A DNA stretch of 63,867 bases, filler included, from Octopus bimaculoides (Eukaryota), in assembly GCF_001194135.2 (NCBI RefSeq). It is 7 parts of 7 records of this genome, joined end to end, with 100 filler letters (N's around TTAATTAATTAA, not from the genome) between each part and the next. Parts side by side here need not be neighbours in the genome. Positions count along the whole stretch, not along the records: positions 28,906 to 48,131 come from NC_068992.1; positions 48,232 to 55,694 come from NC_068993.1; 5 more parts are not named here. One strand, written 5' to 3'. Position 1 is the first letter of the stretch; the number at the start of each line of letters is the position of its first letter. Below are positions 40,741-52,327 of the stretch, piece by piece. The notes beneath the pieces are model-generated. The model ran no database searches, was not told the origin of the DNA, and worked only from the letters and a program-made list of their open reading frames with translations. The position numbers were made by a program, and so were the translations under genes.

Positions 40741-40910
40741 GAGAGGCTGGAGTGCGGGCAAGGCAGAACGGGCAAGAGATTGGAGGGCAGGCAGGAGACT
40801 AGAGTGCAGGCAAAGCGGGCGGGCAAGAGGCTGGTGTGCGGTAAAGGCGGAGCCGGTAAGAGATTAGGGATGCGGTGTGTAAGAGGTTGGAGTGCGAGTA
40901 AGGCAGAGCC
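40741..40910. repeat. Degenerate GC-rich minisatellite, about 6 units of 19-33 bp
   Basis: Unit core AAGAG(G/A)(C/T)TGGAGTGCGGGCAAGGCAG. Confidence 0.7.
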
Positions 40911-41419
40911 TATGAGTAGGGCGGTTATTTTTGGATGCAGACTATGGCATTTATTTGTGTAGCCATAGTACCGTCTTAGAAAGTTTTTTTCAGTTTGTTT
41001 TCTCTACCATGGCCTTAGTTATGCTTCAGCATGGGCTTAGACGGCAAATCCCAGTGGCTCGCTTCGGAACCAATGAAAATAAAGTCCCAATAAAGTAATG
41101 GCGTAGATTTTATCGTCTGATTGCGCGCCACTATAAATTCTGGCCTCGTGCGAGTGTTAGAAATCTATATTATTAATATATTTTATCTTGTTATATTTTT
41201 CTTTCTCCATTTGACGCCATGTTGTGTTTCTCAATTTCAGACAAAATAATTCTGTTGTTTGTTTTCATTTTTTTTTATTGATTTCAGCTTCAATTCTTAC
41301 CAAGATTTCTGAGTAAATTAAGTTTTGTCTACCTCATCACATCTATGCCAATTTGTTATCTTGCCATTACTTCTAAAACATCATTATTTTGTATTTTTAA
41401 TGTTTTATTCCGCTTGTAT

Positions 41420-42480
41420 TTCGTTCGTAATCTGTACTCCATGTATGGTTTATCTGTCGTTTGGTTGTCATTTCTCTGCAGTCTATCTAGTCCATCTGTT
41501 GTCCTCGTATATTCCAAATGTTGTCAGTTCATCATCCGCCAACATTCCGTTTGCAGTTAATCTGTAATCCACTTGTAATCCGTCTGTTGCCATGCTGTTA
41601 TTCGTCTGTACGCCATTTGCATTCAGCCTATAATTTACCCTTACTGCGTCTGCTATTCGTCTGTGGTCTGTTTGTTGCCCGTCTCTTAGTTGACTGTTGT
41701 TTATTTGTAGTCCATCTGTAAACTGCTTTAGTTCGTCTATTGTTCATCTGTGTCGTGCCTGTTACTCGTCTATGGTCCATCTGTTGCCCGTCTGTAGTCT
41801 GTACCTTCTCTATAGTTTGTTTATTTTTGGTCTGTAGCAACCCTGAGGTCTATCTGTAGTCCGTTTCTGGTTCGTCAGTTGTTCATCTCAAGATCGATTT
41901 TAGTCTGTATGTAGTCCGCCTGCGGTCTGCCTGTGTTCCGCCTGTGGTCCACCTGTGGTCTGCCTTGGTCCGCCTGTGGTCCACTTGTGGTCCGTTTCCG
42001 TTGTTCGTCAGTAGTTCATATTTTAATCTGTATGTAGTCCGCCTGCGGTCTGCCTGTGATTCGCCTGTGGTAAGCCTGTGGCCCGCCTGTGATCCACCTG
42101 TGGTCTGCCTTGGTCCGCCTGTGGTCCGCCNNNNNNNNNNTTGTGGTCCGTTTCCGTTGTTCGTCAGTAGTTCATATTTTAATCTGTATGTAGTCCGCCT
42201 GCGGTCTGCCTGTGATTCGCCTGTGGTAAGCCTGTGGTCCGCCTGTGATCCACCTGTGGTCCGCCTGTGGTCCACCTGTGGTCTGCTGTGGTCCGCCTGT
42301 GGTCTGCCTTTGGTCCGCCTGTGGTCCGCCTGTGATCCGCCCGTGGTCCACCTGTGTCCTACCTGTGGTCCGTTTCCGTTGTTCGTAAGTAGTCCATTTT
42401 CTAGTCTGTATGTCGTCTTCTTGCCATCCGCTTCCGTTCAGTTTGTGGTCTGCGTGTGATCCGTATGTAGTCCATTTCTA
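41420..42480. repeat. 11-bp tandem array (GCCTGTGGTCC consensus) with higher-order units and a divergence gradient
   Basis: Near-perfect 11-mers at 41930-42370 are punctuated by a recurring spacer GTTTCCGTTGTTCGTCAGTAGTTCATATTTTAATCTGTATGTAGTCC. Increasingly decayed (TCTGTAGTCCA-like) units toward 41420. Confidence 0.85.
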
Positions 42481-43899
42481 TTCTCTCATAAGTAAATATA
42501 AATAAAAACGATATCTCTTCAAGTTCTGATTAAATTTTTGATCCCGATTTTCTGCTTGGTTATATTTATACATGTCTATACCCGATGGGTTGCTGCCACC
42601 CGACTGTTTATAGGTTGACGTCGGTGTTTGATGGAATGTTGCCACTGTATTTATTTATATATGTCTATATGTCATGGAATGATGCCACGTACCCAGTGTT
42701 GATTATTTCACGACCTCTTATATTGTTGTTGTTGTTGTTATTGCTTATCCTCAGATTAGCCTATAATCAAATTCATTCTATCAGTGATTATCCAGTTTTT
42801 TATTTTTTTTCTTCTTTCAGAAATAACATAGGTAGGATTAAATTAGTCAATATGTCCTTTTTTTTTTAAAGAATCATGGAGATTTGGCTTCTATTTCAAG
42901 CAGGTTAAGCTATCACCAAAAGGATCCCTCGTTGATTGGTCTAACTGCGATCACATTCAGTGTTATTTTGTTTCTAATATACGGTTATAGGTCACTAAAG
43001 AGCGATAAATAGCAGGAACAACGGATTAAATGCATTCCAATGTTGAATAACCACCCTTTACGTTCCGAGTTCAAATCACATCAAAATCAGCCTTTCCTTT
43101 CATCCCTCCAGGATTGATAAAGGAAATAGTAATCAGGGGCCAATGCTCCCTCTGAAGCATTGGCCGTCGACCACATTTCTTCTCTGTTCTCGACTCTGGA
43201 CTGTATTTTGTGCTCCTTCTCTCTTGGATCCCTACATTTTCAGCTCTGCTTCTGTATCCCACCCCAGCAATTCTTAGGACGTCATTTCTTCCGCACCCTT
43301 AACAGGTTACCGATTAGATCAATGATCAGTCCATCAAATCAGCCATTACGTTCCTACTGCTAGGTTAAGTTTTCACACTTTCATTCTATCATTTTTAGCT
43401 TTGGTTGCTCATTCAATGATCCCCCCCCCATCACCACCACCAACTCTGTCCTATTCGTCCCTATTCGAACTATTCTTAGCTTGCTTGTAAATTCTTTTCT
43501 CAGCTTCCATATTTTTGCACTGTAAGAAAGCGTGGGGGGGGGGGCTATGAATGAGTACGAATAAATACATAGACATATGAATAAATGAATTGATAAATAA
43601 TATTATAATAATATTACCACACAGGAGTGGCTGTGTGGTAAGAAGCTTGCTTGCCAACCACATGGTTCCGGGTTCAGTCCTACTGTGTGTTACTTTGGGC
43701 AAGTATCTTCTACTTCTGTATTTGTATATATATATATATGTATTAGCTCTCCCTCTCTCTATATATATATGTATGCATGTATATATACATATATGTATAT
43801 GTGTGTGTTTTATGTTTTATGCTTTTCTTGTTTCAGAAATCAGACCATCGAAATCCCAACAATCATCTTGGTGGTTGTGGTAGCGGTGGTTATCCAACC

Positions 43900-44250
43900 A
43901 CCTCCTCTTCTTCTTCTTCTTCTTCTTCTTCTGCTTCTTCTTCTTCTGCTTCTTCTTCTTCTTCTTCTTCTGCTTCTTCTTCTTCTTCCGCCTCCTCCTC
44001 CTCTTCCGCCTCTTCTTCCTTCCTTTCTTCCTCCCTTCCTTCCTCTTCCTCCTAATCATCATTAGCATCATCATAATCCTCGTTGTCGTCGTCCTCCTCC
44101 TCGTCCTCCTCCTCGTCCTCCTCCTCGTCCTCCTCCTCGTCCTCCTCCTCGTCCTCCTCCTCGTCCTCCTCCTCGTCTTCCTCCTCTTCCTCCTCCTCTT
44201 CATTATTATCATCATCATCATCATCATCATCATTGTCATTGTGATTATTG
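43900..44250. repeat. Compound (CTT)n/(TCC)n/(TCCTCCTCG)n/(ATC)n microsatellite
   Basis: Direct inspection. Confidence 0.85.
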
Positions 44251-45152
44251 TCGTCACCGTAGTCGTCTCACTACTTCGTCAATAATTTGTCAAATATTAT
44301 GATTGGATTACGTTAGCNNNNNNNNNNNNNNNNNNNNNNNNNNNNNNNNNNNNNNNNNNNNNNNNNNNNNNNNNNNNNNNNNNNNNNNNNNNNNNNNNNN
44401 NNNNNNNNNNNNNNNNNNNNNNNNNNNNNNNNNNNNNNNNNNNNNNNNNNNNNNNNNNNNNNNNNNNNNNNNNNNNNNNNNNNNNNNNNNNNNNNNNNNN
44501 NNNNNNNNNNNNNNNNNNNNNNNNNNNNNNNNNNNNNNNNNNNNNNNNNNNNNNNNNNNNNNNNNNNNNNNNNNNNNNNNNNNNNNNNNNNNNNNNNNNN
44601 NNNNNNNNNNNNNNNNNNNNNNNNNNNNNNNNNNNNNNNNNNNNNNNNNNNNNNNNNNNNNNNNNNNNNNNNNNNNNNNNNNNNNNNNNNNNNNNNNNNN
44701 NNNNNNNNNNNNNNNNNNNNNNNNNNNNNNNNNNNNNNNNNNNNNNNNNNNNNNNNNNNNNNNNNNNNNNNNNNNNNNNNNNNNNNNNNNNNNNNNNNNN
44801 NNNNNNNNNNNNNNNNNNNNNNNNNNNNNNNNNNNNNNNNNNNNNNNNNNNNNNNNNNNNNNNNNNNNNNNNNNNNNNNNNNNNNNNNNNNNNNNNNNNN
44901 NNNNNNNNNNNNNNNNNNNNNNNNNNNNNNNNNNNNNNNNNNNNNNNNNNNNNNNNNNNNNNNNNNNNNNNNNNNNNNNNNNNNNNNNNNNNNNNNNNNN
45001 NNNNNNNNNNNNNNNNNNNNNNNNNNNNNNNACATACATGCATACATACATACATACATACATACATACATACATACATACTCACACAATACGTACATAC
45101 ATACATACTTATATACATACATATATACATATGTACTCACATACATACATAT

Positions 45153-45201
<49 letters not shown>

Positions 45202-45263
45202 TATAGGCGCACACACGTACACGACGCATAAACATATACACATACAGATAGACATTTTCTATC

Positions 45264-45296
<33 letters not shown>

Positions 45297-45411
45297 GTCT
45301 CTCTCGTGCACGTGCACACACATACGCACTTGTTTAAACAATTTGCAAGCGAAAACAATACATTTAAAATATGCGTAAAACACGAGAAACAGATATGAAA
45401 GATCCAACACT

Positions 45412-45456
<45 letters not shown>

Positions 45457-45532
45457 ATTCGNNNNNNNNNNNNNNNNNNNNNNNNNNNNNNNNNNNNNNN
45501 NNNNNNNNNNNNNNNNNNNNNNNNNNNNNNNN

Positions 45533-45587
<55 letters not shown>

Positions 45588-47576
45588 CCCGCGCTTTTGA
45601 ACGTATAAAAACGCTTACATGTGCACATACACATACATGCACTCGTGGCGCATTAGCGTAAGTAAACATTTCATAATCATTAACGAGTTTGTTTTGTACT
45701 TCGTTCGTCACAAGGACATACAAGAAAAGATAAACAGAAATACAATATGATATGTATTTGACATAATTATGGGTATAGTTACATGTATAGATATTAGAAG
45801 CAGCTAGTGTAATTGAATATAAATTATCGAGGACATAGTTTTATTGTGGTATGCACCCGGTGGGTACGAACCAAAAAGAGAACCTCACTATAGTCGCTCG
45901 GTTTGCTAAAAATTACTAAACAAATTTGCCTCATACAAACCCATACTCTCTAAAAGAGAAAAAGAAATTATTATTATCGCTCTAAATAATATACTAAGAG
46001 ATAGGATGGTCACGGTGGAACGTCTTTGATCATACATAAGTGATGAGAATCATTAAATTATTCTTTTCTTTTATTCTTTTACTTGTTTCTGTCATTTGAC
46101 TACGGCCATGCTGGAGCACCACCTTGAAGGTTTTTAACCGAACAAATCGACCCCAGGACTTATTTCTTTTAAAACCTAGTACTTATTCTATCGGTCTCTT
46201 TTGTCGAATCTAAGTTATGGGGACGTAAGCACACCAACAACGGTTGTCAAGATGTGATAGGGTGACAAACACATACACACACGACGAGTTTCTTTCAGTT
46301 TCCGTCTACCAAATCCATTCAGAAGACTTTGGTCAGCCCGAGCCTATAATAGAGGACACATGCCTAAGGTACTACTCAGTGGGACAGCACTCGGAACCAT
46401 GCGGCTGAGAAGCAGGCTTCTTACCACAAAGCCACGCCTGCACCTATATAGTCATAAATTATATACTATGTTTGAATAAAAGACCGGATGGTCACGGCTG
46501 GAAAATCTTTCATCATACATTGGTATTGTACATAATTAGATGAGGTAGACTTTGATAATATACTATGTTTGAATAAGAGATAGGATGGCCACAGCTGGAA
46601 CGTCGTTGATCAGAGTTAGGTATTGTTGATCATTGACTGGCCAAGACCACGCAGCAGCAATAACAACAACAATGACGCTGACGCTGACGCTGACGACGCT
46701 GACGACGGTAGCAGCAATTCTGACCATACTTGTGCTCGATGGCAAGCGACCGCAGTGTTTTAGAGTTTTGGGAGTTCTTGTCAGAGTTGCCGCGATGCTG
46801 AATAAACAAAGTTGATGGCCATAAAGAAACTAGCTGCATGTCAGCCTAGACAAGAGTGAGCTAATTTGCATTTTCGGTGTTTGTTTGAAACACTGATGGA
46901 AAATTACTAATGCACTGAACACAGCATGAGGAAATGTGAAAGAAAAAGAAAAATCAATAATTTGAAAGTTTATTTATGTCTAAAACATATCGTAGCTTAG
47001 AAGACAGAATTGATTATCTTTAAGAACAAAACAAAGTCTCGATTTTTAACAGTTTTCTTTTATCCGTTTGCTGCAACTACAGTCTTGCAAATATTCATTA
47101 ATTACTCCCATTTAAATTTTACTGTTATACAAGGCTATAGGTTTCCCAGCAAATTTGAACATAGTTTTATTAGCTGTTTCCTACTTATGAAGTATTTTAT
47201 CTTAATGATCACTTACTACAGTAATTTTATTCGTCCTGAAGATCAAAGCTAGTCAAATATGTTACCGGTCCTATGATATAATCTTGACGCAGAATGAAAT
47301 TTGCGGTGTTTTTTTAAAAATGTCTTTGCAGTATAGTGAAGTAAAGAAGATTAGTAATTGAAGGATAAAATTCTACAATGTCAAATCAGGAAAATTATCA
47401 GAGTTGATTTACTTTTTAAAGTTCTTATTACTATTGTGATATTGTTATAGTTTTAGTGTTGTGATTATATAAAGACTAACACACACACACACACAAATCA
47501 TACAAGCAGGCACGCACTCAATCACACAGATACACACGCATTATTTCAGCTGTTATCTGACAGCCAGGTACCAGTC

Positions 47577-47766
47577 TGACCATCATCACTACAAGAATTG
47601 GAGACTGTTTTAGCTGAAGAATGGACAAAAATTCCTTTGGAAACAGTTCAAACTTTGTACCTCGTAGAATTGAAGCTGTACTTACTGCCAGAGGCGGTCC
47701 TACTCCGTATTAAAATTAATTTGTTTGAAATTTTAAGGTGTTTCCATTATCTTATCCAACCCCTGT
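47577..47766 (+). mobile_element. Tc1 3' end (solo fragment, same family as 57616-58881)
   Basis: Matches 58689-58881 (CATCATCACTACAAGAATTGGAGACTGTTTTAGCTGAAGAATGG...). Ends TTATCCAACCCCTG-TA. Confidence 0.85.
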
Positions 47767-47789
47767 ATATATAAATATATATACATACA

Positions 47790-48131
47790 TACATGGTGGT
47801 GGTTGTCTACTCCTTAAACAGAGTTTGACCACCTCCTGCACCTACACCTTAGCCCTTTCATGGCGTCTGATGTGGCTTTTTAAACCAGACAGTGTTTTGA
47901 AAAAACACCCACACAGATTGCACCTCTGATTTGCACTACCAATACCTGCAAGTAAGTTCTGCTCATTGTGGATCCTAACATGTCTTTTAAGACCCCCATT
48001 GGATTTGCAAACCCTCTGGCACACACCACATTCAAACGTGTGCACAGACATATAATCAGAATAGCTGGGTGAGGTTTGTTTTCCATGGGTTCGCAGGTGA
48101 GATTTGAGGCCAGCCAAGGACAGACATGGTC
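47790..48131 (-). mobile_element. LINE 3' end (RTE-like) with terminal C2H2 zinc fingers
   Basis: GLKSHLRTH, CGVCQRVCKSNGGLKRHVRIH, CNLCGCFFKTLSGLKSHIRRH*, then a short (CCA) tail. A decayed relative at about 55880-55975 (LCSKPCRS.TGLNSHLRR). A host C2H2 zinc-finger exon cannot be fully excluded. Confidence 0.6.
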
Positions 48132-48496
48132 NNNNNNNNNNNNNNNNNNNNNNNNNNNNNNNNNNNNNNNNNNNNTTAATTAATTAANNNNNNNNNNNNN
48201 NNNNNNNNNNNNNNNNNNNNNNNNNNNNNNNATATATATTAAGGTGATACAAAAAAGGGGACAACAAAACATCCAGACAGACGATACACAGAAAACAAGG
48301 ACGGGTCGTGTGTGTGTATGTGTGTGTATGTGTGTGTTTGTGTGTGTGTATCTGTATACATACATATGCCCATTTTTTTATAGATGTATACATTTATATA
48401 CATATACATACACACACATACACACACATATACACACATATAAAACATCTACTTGCTATAAGTATTTATGTTGTAATATAGTAACGCAGTACTTAC

Positions 48497-48593
48497 CTTC
48501 ACTTAACTTCTGTTCAACGTTCACCACAGCACCTGTTCCCAGATGGAACATGAGTGCCAAGTATATGATGCCACCAATTGTCAGCTTCATCAT
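48497..48593 (-). CDS. First coding exon (signal peptide) of a tandem paralog of the 50290-54882 gene; later exons not found
   Basis: MMKLTIGGIIYLALMFHLGTGAVVNVEQKLSE|G with GTAAGT phase-1 donor, versus MKMMNTLIYLAVMFYLGTGAVVDTEPKISE|D. The 5' leader is also homologous (GTGTCGAATTTTGAGAAAA). Confidence 0.8.
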
Positions 48594-48705
48594 GGTACTG
48601 ATTTCGTTTTTTCTCAAAAATTCGACACTGACACGCACGCTAATGAGGAACTAATCGAATACAATGGAGAGGAACGTTTGAGGTTTGTCTAAAGTATCTA
48701 AAGTA

Positions 48706-48712
48706 TTTTATA
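48706..48712 (-). promoter_or_regulatory. Candidate TATA box of the paralog
   Basis: TATAAAA 113 nt upstream of the ATG. The gene 1 counterpart TATAAGTA (54998-54991) is 109 nt upstream of its ATG. Confidence 0.5.
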
Positions 48713-49703
48713 GTTACAGCTTTTGAAGAGGTCCTTGTCTGTGTTGTTATTTGAGTGGTATGAATTTGATAGTAAAGGGAAAGTGAATGGAATGGACAGA
48801 ATAGGCGCAACAGGATGCTACTCAAACCTTAATTCATATGATATAAATGTGTAAATAACAACTTGTAATATATTTCAAATGCTTATATAGACCCCGTTAT
48901 AGCGGTTTGGTTAAGAAACTCGCTTCGTAACAACAAGGCTTCAGGTTCAATCCCGCTGCGCGGTACATTGGTCAAGTATCTTCTTCTGCAGGCCTCAGAC
49001 GACCGATGCTTTGCGAATAAATTTGTAGATAGAAACTATATAGAATCGTCGTATATTTAGGGTAAAAAGTTGTTCGAGTATCTCCTACTATAGCTCTAGG
49101 TCAACCAATGCTTTGAGAGTGAATTGGATAGGCGGAGACTGTGTAGATGCCCGTCGAATTAAAGGTAAACAGTTGTGTGTTGGGGGTGTTGCTGTACTTC
49201 CTCTTGGGATGCTGGAATTATTGTCTCATCACACAGTATAGGTCTCATCGCCTCTCCACTGTGTTGCATATATATATATATATATATATATANNNNNNNN
49301 NNNNNNNNNNNNNNNNNNNNNNNNNNNNNNNNNNNNNNNNNNNNNNNNNNNNNNNNNNNNNNNNNNNNNNNNNNNNNNNNNNNNNNNNNNNNNNNNNNNN
49401 NNNNNNNNNNNNNNNNNNNNNNNNNNNNNNNNNNNNNNNNNNNNNNNNNNNNNNNNNNNNNNNNNNNNNNNNNNNNNNNNNNNNNNNNNNNNNNNNNNNN
49501 NNNNNNNNNNNNNNNNNNNNNNNNNNNNNNNNNNNNNNNNNNNNNNNNNNNNNNNNNNNNNNNNNNNNNNNNNNNNNNNNNNNNNNNNNNNNNNNNNNNN
49601 NNNNNNNNNNNNNNNNNNNNNNNNNNNNNNNNNNNNNNNNNNNNNNNNNNNNNNNNNNNNNNNNNNNNNNNNNNNNNNNNNNNNNNNNNNNNNNNNNNNN
49701 NNN

Positions 49704-49749
<46 letters not shown>

Positions 49750-50289
49750 TCTTAAAATAAAAGCCACAGGGTTTCCTGGTCGAAATAACAATTTACTCCG
49801 CCATTTATAAAGCTGAAATATAAATGACGGAAGACATTATTTCGATCATGAAACTCTTGGTAGCTGTACTTACAAGAGTTATGGAGCTTTTTGAATATAT
49901 TTTAAGATTATCTCTACTTTCTTAGCTAACCAATTATATCATAACAAGTTAGAGCAGTCCGTCTGAGCTTCACATTATGTTAGTTGGGATATTTCCCTTA
50001 CAACACAACAAAATTCCTTATGTAAACAGACGAAAGCGAAGCATACATAACACAAGAAAATATAAATTAATCAAACATTTATTGAACAGTTTCTGGTTTC
50101 TTATATTTTCATAATCTTATCAAGTGAATTTACTTATTTTTCTTTCAGCTTTAACTTTTAATGTCTTGCAGTATATTCTGTATCATTTCATGATATCAGA
50201 CAGTAAATTCAGACTTTATTATTTACCTCTATGATATCAAGAAAAGAAACTACCATATTTCATATTATTCAGAGAATCTTTTTTTTTTT

Positions 50290-51942
50290 CTAGGCATTCA
50301 TTTTCCAAACGAGAGGATTTTCACTTTGGTTTTCTTCATCAATGTATTCCAAACTGGAAAGTTTCTCAGCATCGATACCTTGGGACGCCAAAAATGAGTT
50401 AGCATTCATCATCACATCATCCATAACGTCCAGTGGGATATTTTCATTGGAAAGAAACCGTTTGGTGGTGCAACCGAGATTTTGAGAGCGATGGTGAAAG
50501 AAAATACGGTAAGATATCCCGAAGCATATCCTAACGCTGTGAGCGGTGAAGCTTACGACGGAGATTCTGAGACCTACCTTTAAGATTCCAATACGTACGT
50601 AGAAGGTTTTCGAGAACTTGCCTCCTATAAAATAGATATAAACATAGATATTAGACACTGGAGAAAACCACAAATATATGTATACATGTATATTTATGTA
50701 TGTGATTAAATTAATGAGTAAAGTTAATATTTATAAGGAATTTACCATTTCCGTTGGGTGTGCAACGCACACGTACCACATCCGGAATATACGCCCCTGA
50801 CATGTATGTATGTATGTATGTATGTATGTATGTATGTATGTATGCGTGTATATATGTATGTATGTATGTATGCATGTATGCGTGTATGTATGCATGCATG
50901 TATGTATGTATGTATGTATGTATGCATGTATGTATGCATGTATGTATGTATGCATGTATGTATGCATGTATGTATGTATGCATGCATGTTATTTTGTTTT
51001 CTTTTATAGTTTCAGCTTAGAGCTGCGGCCATGCTGATGCACCGCCGTGTAAAATAAGATGAAAGAGATGTATAGCGAAATACCGCTAAGCATTTCGTCT
51101 ATCGTGCTAACAATTCTGCCAGGTCGCCGCCTTCATGTCTTATATAAGGCTAATGCAAAACAATAAGAGACTTCAGCGTACACATAATGTATAAAATAAA
51201 TGTTATTAATGAAGGTGCAGGCATAGCTATGTGGTAAGAAGCTTGCAATGTTCCAGGTTCAGTTCCACTGCGTGGAACCTTGGGCAAGTATCTTTTACTA
51301 TAGTCTCGGGTCGACCAAAGCTTTCTGAGTGGATTTTGAAGACGGAAACTGCAAAAAGCCGGTGTTTTTCCACAATCACTGCTTGGCAACCGATGATGGT
51401 GTGTTTGCGCCTCCGTGACTTAGCGGTTCGCCAAAGAAACCGTTAGAATAAGTACTATGCTTCAAAATATAAGGTCGATTTATCTGGGTAAAAAAAAGTC
51501 TTCAAGGTGGTGCCCCAGCATGGCCGCAATCAAATGACTGAAACAAATGAAAGATGAAAAGCAGAGAATGATGCAGTAAAAATACTCACGGTAAGTTCTC
51601 GTCATCAATGTGCGTCTACCGACCGTCAGCCTGAATGTTATTGCCCCTCTCCCAACATACATACTGATGCAGACTGAAATGGAAATATAATTAACCTATT
51701 AGCGATCCAGTGTGTACTCAGCCTGGAGCTTGAAAGCAGCAAAATAATCTATTCTACTCTTGGTACAAAATTTTTGAAGAGGTGGGGGACAGTCGATTAC
51801 ATCGACTCCAGTACACAACTGGTATTTAATCTATCGACCCCCGAAAGGATGAAACGCAAAGTCGACCTCGGCGGAATTTGACCTCAGAACGTAAAGACAG
51901 ACGAAATATCGCTAATAATAATAATTATTATTATCATTATTA

Positions 51943-51975
<33 letters not shown>

Positions 51976-52040
51976 CATTATCATCATCATCATTATTATT
52001 ATTATTATTATCATTATTATTATTATCATTATTATTATCA

Positions 52041-52080
<40 letters not shown>

Positions 52081-52169
52081 CATCATCATCATCATCATTA
52101 TCATTATCATCATCATCATCATCATTATTATTATTATTATCATTATCATCATCATCATTATTATTATTA

Positions 52170-52233
<64 letters not shown>

Positions 52234-52262
52234 TATTATTATTATTATCATTATCATCATCA

Positions 52263-52327
<65 letters not shown>

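Noticed and set aside
41883-42275. Reflectin-like repeat gene (ATGGAC.AC motifs)
   Set aside because: The period is 11 bp, and the translation lacks the Met/Tyr/Asp-rich MD(x5)MD reflectin motif.
41420-42480. CRISPR-like repeat-spacer array
   Set aside because: Eukaryotic context, the spacers are identical rather than unique, and there are no cas genes.
50290-50673. Single-exon 127-aa ORF as given in the track
   Set aside because: Its first 16 residues are intronic; it is exon 4 of the spliced precursor gene.
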